Source: Haliotis rufescens
Lineage: Eukaryota
Assembly: GCF_023055435.1 (NCBI RefSeq)
Contig: NW_025963791.1
Span: 26,226,001-26,290,000, forward strand
Reading direction: 5' to 3'
Length of the DNA stretch: 64,000 bases
The notes beneath the pieces were generated by a model, which saw nothing but the letters and a program-made list of their open reading frames with translations, was not told where the DNA came from and ran no database searches. Each line of letters begins with the position of its first letter. The stretch's first letter is position 1. The position numbers were made by a program, and so were the translations under genes. Below are positions 51,235-64,000 of this stretch, piece by piece.

Positions 51235-54200
51235 TGAGGAGAGAGGTAGAGGGTGACAGAGGAGAGTGGTAGGGGTGACAGAGGAGAAAGGTAGAGGGTG
51301 TCAGAGGAGAAAGGTAGAGGGTGACAGAGGAGAATGGTAGAGGGTGACAGAGGAGAGAGGTAGGTGGTGACAGAGGAGAGAGGTAGAGGGTGACAGAGGA
51401 GAATGGTAGGTAGTGACAGAGGAGAGTGGTTGGGGGTGACAGAGGAGAGTGGTAGTTGGTGACAGATGAGAGAGGTAGGTAGTGACAGAGGAGAGAGGTT
51501 GCTGGTGACAGAGGAGAGTGGTTGGTGGTGACAGAGGAGAGATGTAGGGGGTGACAGAGGAGAGGGGTAGAGGGTGACAGAGGAGAGAGGTAGGTAGTGA
51601 CAGAGGAGAGAGGTAGAGGGTGACAGAGGAGAGAGGTTGGGGGTGACAGAGGAGAGTGGTAGTTGGTGACAGAGGAGAGGGGTAGGTGGTGACAGAGGGG
51701 AGTGGTAGGTGGTGACAGAGAAGAATGGTAGGTAGTGACAGAGGTGAGAGGTAGAGGGTGACAGAGGAGAGAGGTAGGTAGTGACAGAGGAGAGAGGTTG
51801 CTGGTGAAAGAGGAGAGTGGTTGGTGGTGACAGAGGAGAGATGTAGGGGGTGACAGAGGAGAGGGGTAGGTGGTGACAGAGGGGAGTGGTAGGTGGTGAC
51901 AGAGGAGAGAGGTAGAGGGTGACAGAGGAGAATGGTAGGTAGTGACAGAGGAGAGTGGTTGGGGGTGACAGAGGAGAGTGGTAGTTGGTGACAGATGAGA
52001 GAGGTAGGGGTGACAGAGGGGAGTGGTAGGTGGTGACAGAGGAGAGTGGTAGGGGTGACAGAGGGGAGTGGTTGGTGGTGACAGAGGGGAGTGGTAGGGG
52101 TGACAGAGGAGAGTGGTTGGTGGTGACAGAGGGGAGTGGTAGGGGTGACAGAGGAGAGTGGTAGGGGTGACAGAGGAGAGGGGTAGGTGGTGACAGAGGG
52201 GAGTGGTAGGTGGTGACAGAGGAGAATGGTAGGTAGTGACAGAGGTGAGAGGTAGAGGGTGACAGAGGAGAGAGGTAGGTAGTGACAGAGGAGAGAGGTT
52301 GCTGGTGAAAGAGGAGAGTGGTTGGTGGTGACAGAGGAGAGATGTAGGGGGTGACAGAGGAGAGGGGTAGGTGGTGACAGAGGGGAGTGGTAGGTGGTGA
52401 CAGAGGAGAGAGGTAGAGGGTGACAGAGGAGAATGGTAGGTAGTGACAGAGGAGAGTGGTTGGGGGTGACAGAGGAGAGTGGTAGTTGGTGACAGATGAG
52501 AGAGGTAGGTAGTGACAGAGGAGAGAGGTTGCTGGTGACAGAGGAGAGTGGTTGGTGGTGACAGAGGAGAGATGTAGGGGGTGACAGAGGAGAGGGGTAG
52601 GTGGTGACAGAGGGGAGTGGTAGGTGGTGACAGAGGAGAATGGTAGGTAGTGACAGAGGTGAGAGGTAGAGGGTGACAGAGGAGAGAGGTAGGTAGTGAC
52701 AGAGGAGAGAGGTTGCTGGTGAAAGAGGAGAGTGGTTGGTGGTGACAGAGGAGAGATGTAGGGGGTGACAGAGGAGAGGGGTAGGTGGTGACAGAGGGGA
52801 GTGGTAGGTGGTGACAGAGGAGAGAGGAAGAGGGTGACAGAGGAGAGTGGAAGGGGTGACAGAGGAGAGTGGTAGTTGGTGACAGATGAGAGTGGTTGGT
52901 GGTGACAGAGGAGAGAGGTAGAGGGTGACAGAGGAAAATGGTAGGTGGTGACAGAGGAGAGAAGTAGAGGGTGACAGACGAGAGAGGTAGAGATTGGTAG
53001 GTGTGGACAGAGGACAGTGGTAGGTGGTGGCAGGAGGTTGGTAGATGTGACAGAGGAGAGTGGTAGATGTTGTGGAGGAGAGTTGTAGGTGGTGACAGAG
53101 GAGAGTGGTAGGTGGTGACAGAGGAGAGAGGTATAGGGTGACAGAGGAGAGAATAAGAGGGTGACAGAGGAGAGAGGTTGGTGGTGACAGAGGAGAGTGG
53201 TAGGGGTGACAGATGAGAGTGGTTTGTGGTGACAGAGGAGAGTGGTAGGGGTGACAGAGGGGAGTGGTTGGTGGTGACAGAGGGGAGTGGTAGGGGTGAC
53301 AGAGGAGAGTGGTTGGTGGTGACAGAGGGGAGTGGTAGGGGTGACAGAGGAGAGTGGTAGGGGTGACAGATGAGAGTGGTTTGTGGTGACAGAGGAGAGT
53401 GGTAGGGGTGACAGAGGGGAGTGGTAGGTGGTGACAGAGGAGAGTGGTAGGGGTGACAGAGGGGAGTGGTTGGTGGTGACAGAGGGGAGTGGTAGGGGTG
53501 ACAGAGGAGAGTGGTTGGTGGTGACAGAGGGGAGTGGTAGGGGTGACAGAGGAGAGTGGTAGGGGTGACAGATGAGAGCGGTTTGTGGTGACAGAGGAGA
53601 GTGGTAGGGGTGACAGAGGGGAGTGGTAGGTGGTGACAGAGGGGAGTGGTAGGGGTGACAGAGGAGAGTGGTTTGTGGTGACAGAGGAGAGTGGTAGGGG
53701 TGACAGAGGAGAGTGGTAGGGGTGACAGAGGGGAGTGGTAGGTGGTGACAGAGGAGAGTGGTAGGTGGTGACAGATGTGAGTGGTAGGGGTGACAGAGGA
53801 GAGTGGTAGGTGGTGACAAAGGAGAGAGGTAGAGGGTGACAGAGGATAGTGGAAGGTGGTGACAGAGGAGAGTGGTAGGGATGACAGAGGAGAGTGGTAG
53901 GTGGTGACAGAGGAGAGTGGTAGGTAGTGACAGAGGATAGTGGTAGGTGGTGACAAAGGAGAGTGGTAGGGGTGACAGAGGAGAATGGAAGGTGGTGACA
54001 GTGGAGAGTGGTAGGGATGACAGAGGAGAGTGGTAGGTGGTGACAGAGGAGAGTGGTAGGTGGTGACAGAGGATAGTGGTAGGTGGTGACAGAGGATAGT
54101 GGTAGGTGGTGACAAAGGAGAGAGGTAGAGGGTGACAGAGGAGAGAGGTAGAGGGTGACAGAGGAGAGAGGTAGAGGGTGACAGAGGAGAATGGAAGGTG

Positions 54201-55368
54201 GTGACAGAGGAGAGTGGTAGGTGGTAGAGAGAGGTAGAGGGTGACAGAGGAGAATGGAAGGTGGTGACAGAGGAGAGAGGTAGAGGGTGACAGAGGAGAG
54301 AGGTAGAGGGTGACAGAGGAGAATGGAAGGTGGTGACAGAGGAGAGTGGTAGGTGGTGACAGAGGAGAGAGGTAGAGGGTGACAGAGGAGAATGGAAGGT
54401 GGTGATAGAGGAGATAGGTAGAGGGTGACAGAGGAGAGAGGTAGAGGGTGACAGAGGAGAGTGGTTGGTGGTGAGAGAGGAGAGTGGTAGATGGTGACAG
54501 AGGAGAGTGGAAGGTGGTGACAGAGGAGAGTGGAAGGTGGTGATAGAGGAGAGAGGTAGAGGGTGACAGAGGAGAGAGGTAGAGGGTGACAGAAGAGAGA
54601 GGTAGAGGGTGACAGAGGAGAATGGAAGTTGTTGATGGAGGAGAGTGGTAGGTGGTGACGGAGGAGAGAGGTAGAAGGTGACAGAGGAGAATGGAAGGTG
54701 GTGATAGAGGAGAGTAGTAGGTGGTGATAGAAGAGAGAGGTAGAGGGTGACAGATGAGAATGGAAGGTGGTGATAGAGGAGAGTGGTAGGTGGTGACAGA
54801 GGAGAGAGGTAGAGGGTGACAGAGGAGAGAGGTAGAGGGTGACAGAGGAGAATGGAAGGTGGTGATAGAGGAGAGTGGTAGGTGGTGACAGAGGAGAGAG
54901 GTAGAGGGTGACAGAGGAGAGAGGTAGAGGGTGACAGAGGAGAATGGAAAGTGGTGATAGAGGAGAATGGAAGGTGGTGACAGAGGAGAGAGGAAGGTAG
55001 TGACAGAGGAGAGTGGAAGGTGGTGACAGAGGAGAGTGGAAGGTGGTGACAGAGGAGATTGGAAGGTGGTGACAGAGGAGAGTGGTAGCTGGTGACAGAG
55101 GAGAGTGGTTTGTTGTGACAGAGGAGAGTGGAAGGTGGTGACAGAGGAGAGTGGAAGGTGGTGACAGAGGGGAGGATTAGGTGGTGACAGAGGAGAGTGG
55201 AAGGTGTCGACAGAGGGGAGGAGTAGGTGGTGACAGAGGAGAGTGGTAGTTGGTGACAGAGGAGAGTGGAAGGGGTGACAGAGGAGAGTGGTAGGTGGTG
55301 ACAGGAGGTTGGTAGATGTGACAGAGGAGAGTGGTAGATGTTGTGGAGGAGAGTTGTAGGTAGTGAGA
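51235..55368. repeat. Purine/G-rich 22-24-bp satellite, ~4.1 kb
   Basis: Unit ggtgacagaggagagtggtaggt and variants. Confidence 0.95.
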
Positions 55369-56070
55369 GTCGAAGATTTGACGGAGGAGTATTATAGATG
55401 AATGCGGTTTGTCGAATGAATGGAATAACTGACATGTATTGGACCAGCAATCGCTAGTTTCCACAGTTTATCAACGTTTGTCTGAAACTATGTATTAAAA
55501 TAATGACAGCCTGGCCAAATACCTTATCATTAGGATCATCTTTACATTTTTAAAACCTAACATTGGCTTTGGGGAGTATATATTTATGCCTCCAAACGTA
55601 TTCCGTCCCGTTATTAAGCTCCGAATTAGTAAAAAGTACCTGTGGAAACCGACCGATGGGTAAATATTATTTTCAACAATAGAATGTGTACTTTAGCCGA
55701 GGGTGCCAAGTACAGCTGCTGTCTCTCTCCATCCTGGTCAAGGTGGGGCAAATACATCACACAAGGCAGCTGTGCAAGACCAGTCATTACGTGCGACATG
55801 ATATGAATAAATAACCCTTCATGTTGCACTGCATCCGTCACACCGGGTACTGTTTATGAAAACGCAAATTGTGACTATGTTATCATGGAGTTCCCAGGAA
55901 ACCATTTCTATGTCGGATGTTCTAGAATATATTTTTTTAAGACAGATATTTGTACATCCATATGATATAATGCTACTGTTTCTTTTCTTATAAGCAGCAG
56001 AATCTCTGCACTTGTACACATCAGACGTAATTAGAAATATACATTTCGTGTTCAGCTTCAACAAAATCAG

Positions 56071-56233
56071 AGGGGCGGCCGGGTAGCCTAGTGGTTAAAG
56101 CGTTCGCTCGTCACGCCGAATACCCGGGTTCGATTCCCGACATAGGTACAATGTGTGAAGCCCATTTCTGGTGTCCCCCGTTGTGATATTGCTGGAATAT
56201 TGCTAAAACCGGCGTCAAACCATACTCACTAAC
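56071..56233 (+). mobile_element. SINE family B
   Basis: Family B sequence; TSD tcaacaaaatcag. Confidence 0.88.
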
Positions 56234-56622
56234 TCAACAAAATCAGTAAATGCGTTATCCTGTAACTGGATTTTCTGATCTATCACTTGATTGTCAGGCA
56301 ACAAACAAACACTTACCATTTTCTGCAAATTGTGTGAGTGGCAGGTGCTACCGGTAGGGCAGGAAATGTTTACCCTTTTGGGGAAAACCTAGTGTCATCA
56401 CTGATTTTCAGTGATCCATTCACTTAATTTCACTCCTATTTTGTGCATTTTACGCCCTGTTTCGGCGGATAATCGATACTGCTTGTTTTCTGGCGTTGAA
56501 GTTTTATACATAAATTAAAAAGTATGCAAACATTATCTCTTTCCGTCGATTAGCTTCCGTGCTACTAAGTAGTCGAGGCGTCTACACGACGTCTCACCAG
56601 CTACTCCAAGGCCAATCAAATT

Positions 56623-56846
56623 AAAGAAAACCAGCGGAGAGCTACCAAACTATGGAATATGTACATAAAGATCACAACCTGCACGGTTACATCTGCGTGA
56701 TCTACTGTGTTTCGTTCCGTTGAGAATGTGCCGGTTTCATTACGATGCAAACTGTATAGGGACTGTGTCTCTGTAACTTGTGTGGCTACTTCTATTTAAA
56801 GTATGTACATATTCCATAGTTAGGTAGCTCACTGCTGGTTTTCTTT
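56623..56846. mobile_element. Small inverted-repeat element (MITE-like)
   Basis: aaagaaaaccagc..gagctaccaaactatggaatatgtacata inverted against tatgtacatattccatagttaggtagctc..gctggttttcttt. Confidence 0.7.
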
Positions 56847-57305
56847 GGTATGTCTGGTCCCTTGAATTGTAATACCGGTCGTCACGGGATCAAGGAATTA
56901 AGGGGCAGACTGCACAACACAGCCCGTGAGTCACAAGTTTACTGCGTTAACACGGGTATTGCATCGACATAACTATGTACAACGCCTTTAAGAAGTTCAG
57001 TAGCCCAGGAACCTTGCAGGCAATACGAGAGATATTGCGGGATCAGCTAACGCCGGGGTTTTGCTCGACGAGCAGACGAGTCTACACGTGAACTGTCTGA
57101 CATATCTGAGTAGTTGGTTATTTTACTGACGCTTCACTCAGTATGTACACATCGTCCGGGCGTATATATATCTCGGAGCTGAAGCATTGTGCCCACTGAG
57201 TTTGGGATAATAGACCGGATACAGCCGATATCACATTGGTGATGAGTACAAGAAGCGTAAGAATCCCATGGAGGCTGCAGGTGAGATTATTACATATAGT
57301 TACCG

Positions 57306-57307
<2 letters not shown>

Positions 57308-57371
<64 letters not shown>
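57308..57371. repeat. (TA)n microsatellite
   Basis: Read directly from the sequence. Confidence 0.9.
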
Positions 57372-57374
<3 letters not shown>

Positions 57375-57611
57375 CGGCTTTCAACTCTGTACCGGCAGCA
57401 TCTAAATCAAAGAGTGTTAAATTAATACTGCTCCACAGAAAAACGTCGGTGCTTAAGAACTTTCGCACTGAGGATGAAAAATATCCCAATTAAATCCCGT
57501 GATCCCAATTACTGCTTCAGACCTCCTGCACGGGATCCGAGTGTCGTTTTATAAACAATTAACGACGGATCCCTATGGGCCACTAGCAGAAGCACCAGCT
57601 TCTTGCACAGT

Positions 57612-57765
57612 TAGTGAGTGAGTGAGTATGGTTTTACGCCGCTTTTAGCAACATTCGAGCAATATCACGGCGGTAGACACCAGAAATGGGCTGCACAGAT
57701 TGTACCCATGAAGGGAATCGAACCCGGGGCTTCAGTGTGACGAGCGAACGCTTTAACCACTAGGT
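57612..57765 (-). mobile_element. SINE family B
   Basis: Reverse complement of family B. Confidence 0.82.
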
Positions 57766-57869
57766 GACAACATTGCAACGTTTGTAAGGCAATGTAGGTA
57801 CGTTTGAAGATCTGTTTTCTCAGTTGCATGTAATATACAATCCCAGGCTCAATCTTAATTAATGACAAA

Positions 57870-58110
57870 TGTTTGTTTCTTTTTTTTCTTTTTTTAACGC
57901 CGAACTCAGCAATATTCCAGCAAAATGACGGAGGTCTGTAAATAATCGTGTCTGGACCAGACAATCCAGTGATTGACATCATGAGCATGCATGAACCAAG
58001 TCAGCGAGCCTGACCACCCGATCCCGTTAGTCGCCTCTTACGACAAGCATAGTCGTCTTTTACGGCAAGCATGGGTTGCTAAAGACCTATTCTACCCGGA
58101 TCTTCACGGG
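57870..58110 (-). mobile_element. SINE family D
   Basis: Reverse complement; starts cccgtgaagatccggg. Confidence 0.82.
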
Positions 58111-59412
58111 CCTAATGGCAAATGCGAAATAATTAGATATACATGTTATCTTTGGGGCTTTAGACTAAGGGAGATGAGGCCGTGACTAACGATAACTAAC
58201 AATGTAGGAAGTGAGGAGTGGCTGCTGTTAGAGATGTCAAAACGTTAGCGCATCATGGGCAAGCTTTGGATTCCCCACATAACTGCAATGTGTGGAAAAC
58301 ACCTTGATGGGAGTAGTCTCCCTCACTCCATTCTTGGCATAAGGGCGTACTATGTTTGGAAAAGTTGCAATTATCTGAGCATGAATAGGACCGTACGAAT
58401 AGAGGGTATCTCTGAAATGTAACCTGGGGCGACCATTAAACCAAACTGATAACATGAGAACAGCACCAATTATTTTTAATTCTACTTGACCATCAGCGTG
58501 ATTTGGAGAACTTGCTTTGCTGATATTGAACAAGAGGATCCTGCATATTCACACATTTCTACTTGTCCTCATGATACCTTAACTATTTGGCAGTGTGGCA
58601 AAGACCACAGGACTAGTGCCAATTTCTAAGGCTGGCAAAGTTTGTACAGTGCTCTACACTTGAAAAGACCTTTAAATTCAATAAACTACCTTGAAAAGGC
58701 CATGAACTTGGCAACCATCTTATACTGCTTTTCCAGTGTAAGAATGGCCCAATAAACCTGTTTGAAACCACACTTTGTTCATATTTGTACCTTTGAAAAG
58801 TGTGATCACTGCCATAAGTAAGGCCTCAAATTTGGTGGCTCAAATTTAGTGGGATCCATGTTTCATCTTGTCTACAACAATAAGATTGTGTTCCTTCACA
58901 CTGTACAGAGGTAGTGTGTGATGCCAGGCAGGCAGCAGTATTGTAAAATATATACCACTCAACATGTGATTTGGATACTTTCTATTTTTCTATGAAACAC
59001 CAAACTCATAACTTAATATGTAAGTAGTATGAAAATAGTTAAGAAACCTCATCACATGTTGATTATTATAGTATTGCATGATTCAAGAGTAGAAAGAATC
59101 TTCTTTAAAACAATATTGAGAGAGAAAGGATCTTGAATAAAATGTGAATCAAACTTCAAATCTGACGAAAATGATGCTGTTTCAATGATGATAGTGTAAA
59201 GTAGCACCTGTCCTTAAAGCTGAGGAAATTTTCTTTCATTTTGTCCTTATTCAAGAATTGGTGTGATCAAAAGTCATATCTCTATTATATTGAAATAGTT
59301 ACTAGTGCCGTGGAATTTTGGTGGGGCCTTATGTTGGTCTCCTTTTTTCATAAATTGCATAATAGAAAAAAATGAGTATTGGTCATTTAGGTTTTTAGCT
59401 TGAGGGCAACTG

Positions 59413-59653
59413 TCCCGTGAAGATTCCGGGTTAGAGAAGGTCTTCAGCAACCCATGCTTCTCATAAGAGGTGACTAATGGGATCGGGTGGTCAGACTCGA
59501 TGACATGGTTGATGCATGTCATTGTATCCCAATTGTGTAGATCGATGCTCATGATGTCAATCACTGGATTGTCTGGTTATTATTCTCGATTATTTAAAGA
59601 CAACCATCACATAGCAGGAATATTGCTGAGTGCGGCATTAAACAACAAACAAA
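59413..59653 (+). mobile_element. SINE family D
   Basis: cccgtgaagattccgggttag...ggcattaaacaacaaacaaac. Confidence 0.82.
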
Positions 59654-59746
59654 CTAGAGGGATATTGTCAACAAAATTGTGGTAGGCCAACAGTGTTGAT
59701 GATGCTATTTGTCTATTAACTACTAAGTTATATTTCCCTGATAACT

Positions 59747-59960
59747 AAGGTGAGATGAGGTGAAATGGTGTTTAACATCGCATTCAAGATTATTTCACTT
59801 TATACAGTGACATGAACACCTGTGTTTGTGTGGCTGCTTGTACTAGTCCAGACTTACGCCGGTTTTATAGTATTAGGCCACTGAGATACCATTCCATAGT
59901 TTTTCATGAATACCCCACTCAGACCTGTATACCGACTCCAAGTCAACCAGTCCCTGTTTT
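59747..59960 (-). mobile_element. SINE family C, diverged 3' part
   Basis: Reverse complement of the family C core and tail. Confidence 0.72.
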
Positions 59961-60776
59961 CTTCATGTTCTTCGCAAAATGCGTTGTAATTAGTTTTTTA
60001 ACTAAAAATAGCTGCGAGCATGTGTCTGCAGCTAGGTTTCCTCTTGAACCTACTCTGAATCATAATACGTAGTAAAGAAGTTTCCACCGATTTGAAGTAA
60101 ATATTCATATCGTATCACGACACCTATGTATCGTGATATGTATCATATCGTGACCTTCCTGTATCGTGTCACCCCTTCCTTATGCTGAGTGCCAGGCAGG
60201 GTAACATCACACCATCTGATCGTATGATGTGGCCACAGAACAAACCACCAACCTCCCGCTCTGTAGGCAGATGCCCTATCTACTACTCCCCTGAAAACTT
60301 TGATTTCAGTCAAGTTCATGTAAACAGACACTTACAACTCTTCAACTGTTATTGAATTTAAAACTATGAAGACACAACAACATGAACTTACAATTTTAAA
60401 ACTGTAGACGAAAACTGAAGGTGTAAATTAATCCAAAAGGAAAGCTCCGCTGGGACGCGTCCTTGATGTGGTATGCCAAGCAGTGATGTGAAGGTGACCT
60501 TAGGTGTCATCAAGGTCACAGGACAGCAGCGGTGGTCAGGAAAAGTGGGACTTCAGAACAACAACTGTTATTTCTTCACCCTGGACCATCGTTGTTGCGC
60601 TGTCCTTCTTGTTGTCGTAAGGTAAGCAGTGAATGAGTAATGCAAGATAAATAAAAAACATACAATTTTAATATCCATTGACGATGTAATGGCAAACTAA
60701 AAAGGCATTAAAATCCTTGGTACAATTTTTTAAATCTTCAGTCCACATATGCCAATGTAGAAAAAACACATTCCAT

Positions 60777-63700
60777 TCAGACATCCAATGATTGCACTTC
60801 TTTCAGGTCTTCCTTCAGTATAATGTCCATTCCTTCAAACAGGTAGTATCCGTTAAACTTAGCTTCCTTTAACATGAGGGGGAACCACTGCTTGTCATCA
60901 GGCCACATTATGTCGTACGGTATCGAGTCAATGTTGTACCACTGGGGACGCATTTCTGCGGGTAGAAAAAAAAAGCAGTCTTAAATCCAAAATCATTTCT
61001 TGGCTGACAGCAGGATAATCATGTGAATCAACATGTTAGATATCAGGATTGTTTTTGCAAACTAAACACTTAAATACATGTATATACATCCTGTGAACAC
61101 TGATGTATTGTGTATAGATGTATATAGTTGACATGATGTAGATGTCCATTGTCAATACTCCACCATTTTGTATACAAGAACTTCCTCCATCATAACGGTT
61201 ATATTGAAAATAGGAATCAAATTTAGATTGGGAACATGAATGCATTTTGAGAGAATTGAGAGCATGGTCAAAGTGCAAAGGAAAAATCAAAGTAACAAAA
61301 AAGAACAAATATGCCCACTTCCAACTGTACATAACCAGCTTTCATTACATTCTAAAAAAAGAAATAGCTGAGTGAGTGAATTTGGTTTTACACCGCTTTT
61401 AGCAATATTCCAGCAATATCACGGCGGGGGACACCAGAAATGGGCTTCACACATTGTACCCATGTGGGGAATCGAACCCAGGTCTTCGGCGTGACGAACG
61501 AACGCTTTAACCGCTAGGCTACCCGACCGCCAAAAGCAATGGGTGTGTAGTGGACACAAATAACGTGATATAATACGGCATGCCCAGTTTCAGTATCATC
61601 AGTGCACTGGTTTGGGAGATGTTTATGGTGCATGATGACGGACAAACAGACAATGACAGAAGCTCACTTTCAGTCAGGCGAGTAAAACTGAAAGCAACTG
61701 ACCTGAGGTCTCTGTGGGCTCTCCCGCGTAGTCCCGGGTGTGGAACACATGCACCTCCAGCCACTGTGGCTTGCCAACAAACTCAAACTTGAGGACACCG
61801 ATCTGCTCCAGACTGTGAGCTGTCAGTCCACTTTCTTCATTCAGCTCTCTGAAGTTTAACACAGCATCATAAGCATCAACCAGAATATTGTGGTTCTTTC
61901 ACAGAAAAAATGAAAAACACTGGGTTAACTAGATAACATGACCTAGAAGAAACCTATGACTGGTTCCTGCAGATAGTAGTGGTGGGACATCGGTGTATCA
62001 CAATATTTTACTTCACGATACAAGTATCTATCACAGTCACATACTAAATAAAAAATATTGATTCATACCTTAAATGTTTTGATCTGGGGTAGAATAGATC
62101 TTCAACAACCCATGCTTGCCGTAAAAGGCGACTATGCGGGATCTTGGTTGATGCATGTCATCGATCCCAATGCATGAGTGAGACGTTAAACAACAAACCA
62201 ACCAACCTTAAATGTTTACTTTAATGGCTATTACACAAAACAAAACAGCAGTATTTAGTAGTGAAAAAGTAATTATTTTCATCTATTGCGCCATTCTTGA
62301 CACTGCCAACTGTAAATCTGCTAAATCTTGACACTGCCAAATTTGACTATCCTGCCTATGAAAAAGATGGCTTACGCACCACAGACAACAGCATATACAA
62401 ATATCGTGATACGTATCTGAACGTGAAAAAATGCATGGTTATACGTATCGGATCACACAGTTGGTGTATCGTCCCATCCCTAGCAGATAGCCAGCCAAAT
62501 GTAAAGATGCTCTACCTTTCTTACCATATGACCTGTCGGATGCAATGATCAATTATTAGTGGTTTGCTTGTGAGAAAAGTATTATTCTGAGGCTCCTAAT
62601 CAGGACGAATCCCAGTACTATGGCCTACCTAAGGGACAAAACTCTGCAAACAACTGGGTCATCCAAGTCCCTACATGATAAAGACTATCCACAAGCTATT
62701 TACCTTCACTGATATGATGTAGTTTTTGACTGCACACAATAGACAAATAGCAGTTTTCCCAAAAGAATTAGAGGGTGCTCATTATACTCATGTGCTCACT
62801 ATACACAAGTCAATATGATATACTGTCCATTCTTACCCATAAGGGAAGCTGGATAGATGGTACTAAATATTCTGTAATGCTCATGGGAATTACAATTTTT
62901 TCTATAAATAACTCTGCTTTTCATTGGTCGCCGGTACTACTTTTTTATTTGTTCTTTCTTTCAATCTATCATCCACATGCAGATATGGAATCAGACGTCG
63001 CATTATTTTGGCTTCTGATTCCGAAAATACAACAGCGACTTGATAGATAGTCTCTATCATCCGCCCATCCAATATCCAGTGGTGGCATGCATGTCTGGCA
63101 TCAACTTGTTCATGTTCCAAAACCTTAAAATTGGCTTGATGAGCTGCTGTAATGTTACATTACCACAAGAGATACAAATATCCTACATGTGAATGGTTAT
63201 AGGGATCTATTATGCACAATATGATGTGTCGTGCCGCTTGTCTACTGTTGCGTAGGGATACATTAATTTTCGGTTACAGCTGCTAGAAATTCCGAATTTG
63301 GTTAGGGATTTTCAACACTTATGTATGGATTATTATAAATGTTCTACTGGACCAAGGAGGTGGGTAGCCTTGTTGTTAATGTGTTCCCTTGTCACGCCCA
63401 AGGCCCATGTTCGATTCTCCACATGGGTACAATGAGTAGAGCCCATTTCTGATTTTGCTGAATATTGCTGCAAGCTGGGTAAATGTAAAACCATACTCTC
63501 TAACAGTGCATAATTATTTTGTTGAAGATATTATTTTTCATTTCATGGTTTGTAATAAAATCCTGCATATCACTCTCTAATCCTATTCAGCAGAATATTT
63601 CCAACAGCTGATTCAAACAACATTGTTTTATTTACTCTATGCTAAAATATTGATTCATAATAACCTTTTGGCAGCTTCAAGAATTGTTTCCCCCTTTTCA

Positions 63701-63816
63701 ACTTTTCCTCCAAAGCCATTCCAGCGACCTTCACCAAACCCTCTCTTCTTCAACCCCAGTAGAATCTGAGCCTCCTTCCTCACAAACACCAGTGTGAGGA
63801 GCTTGTTGGCTACCAT
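60777..63816 (-). CDS. NUDT1: Oxidized purine nucleoside triphosphate hydrolase MTH1 (8-oxo-dGTPase); exons 63816-63665, 61848-61703, 60955-60777; 158 aa
   Basis: [10 protein letters not shown]...[33 protein letters not shown]|ELNEESG Nudix box; LKFEFVG...VHVF; EMRPQW...MWPDD..WFPL. GT-AG introns in phases 2 and 1. A 5'UTR intron acceptor lies at 63823-63824. Confidence 0.96.
61368..61530 (-). mobile_element. SINE family B in a NUDT1 intron
   Basis: Reverse complement of family B. Confidence 0.86.
61977..62482. mobile_element. hAT-like MITE with a nested family D SINE fragment (62086-62205)
   Basis: Termini tagtggtgggac... / ...gtcccatcccta; exact 8-bp TSD gcagatag. Confidence 0.78.
63358..63497 (+). 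mobile_element. Degenerate SINE family B
   Basis: gggtagcct...ttcgattctccacatgggtacaatg. Confidence 0.7.
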
Positions 63817-63925
63817 GACTTCCTGTGGAGAAAGAGAGCCTGTTCTCAATCACTTAAGTATCAGTAATATCAGTTACAAAGTGGACTTAGGTGCCTCTTT
63901 TTTGCATAGGAATAATGCATTGTAA

Positions 63926-64000
63926 GTTGGTTGGTTGTTTTGTTGTTTAACGCCGCACTCAGCAATATTCCAGCTATATATGGCAGTCTGTAAATAATCG
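63926..64000 (-). mobile_element. SINE family D 3' end (runs off the window)
   Basis: gttggttggttg..tttaacgccgcactcagcaatattccagctata. Confidence 0.8.

Noticed and set aside
51069-55450. 916-aa and 1412-aa minus-strand ORFs
   Set aside because: They are translations of a pyrimidine-rich satellite strand that lacks stop codons by composition; several frames give the same low-complexity peptides.
58237-58533. 98-aa minus-strand ORF containing GRPRLHFRD
   Set aside because: No recognisable domain or splice structure; too weak to call.

Overview
AT-rich, intron-containing eukaryotic DNA, most likely from a gastropod mollusc (the SINE complement and gene families are abalone-like; this is inference). 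The window holds: (1) three tandem Methuselah/secretin-class 7TM receptor genes with a somatomedin-B-like Cys-rich ectodomain, the first being partial; (2) a RING + TRAF-zinc-finger gene; (3) a secreted MACPF gene resembling perivitellin-2 67 kDa/littoporins, with a triple C-terminal Cys-rich repeat; (4) NUDT1/MTH1 on the minus strand. These sit among decayed pogo and Tc1 transposons, MITEs, four SINE families and several minisatellites. The very long minus-strand ORFs at 49.5-55.5 kb are satellite artefacts. The most notable observation is invisible to the ORF track. The RING gene's C-terminal zinc-binding motif appears to be assembled from six consecutive micro-exons of 3, 3, 6, 6, 3 and 3 nt (P|I|ID|LF|G|G) spread over 3.6 kb. 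Each has an AG acceptor and a perfect GTAAGT donor, and five share an upstream TTTCAT motif. All gene models are manual predictions from splice signals and reading frame, not from transcripts.
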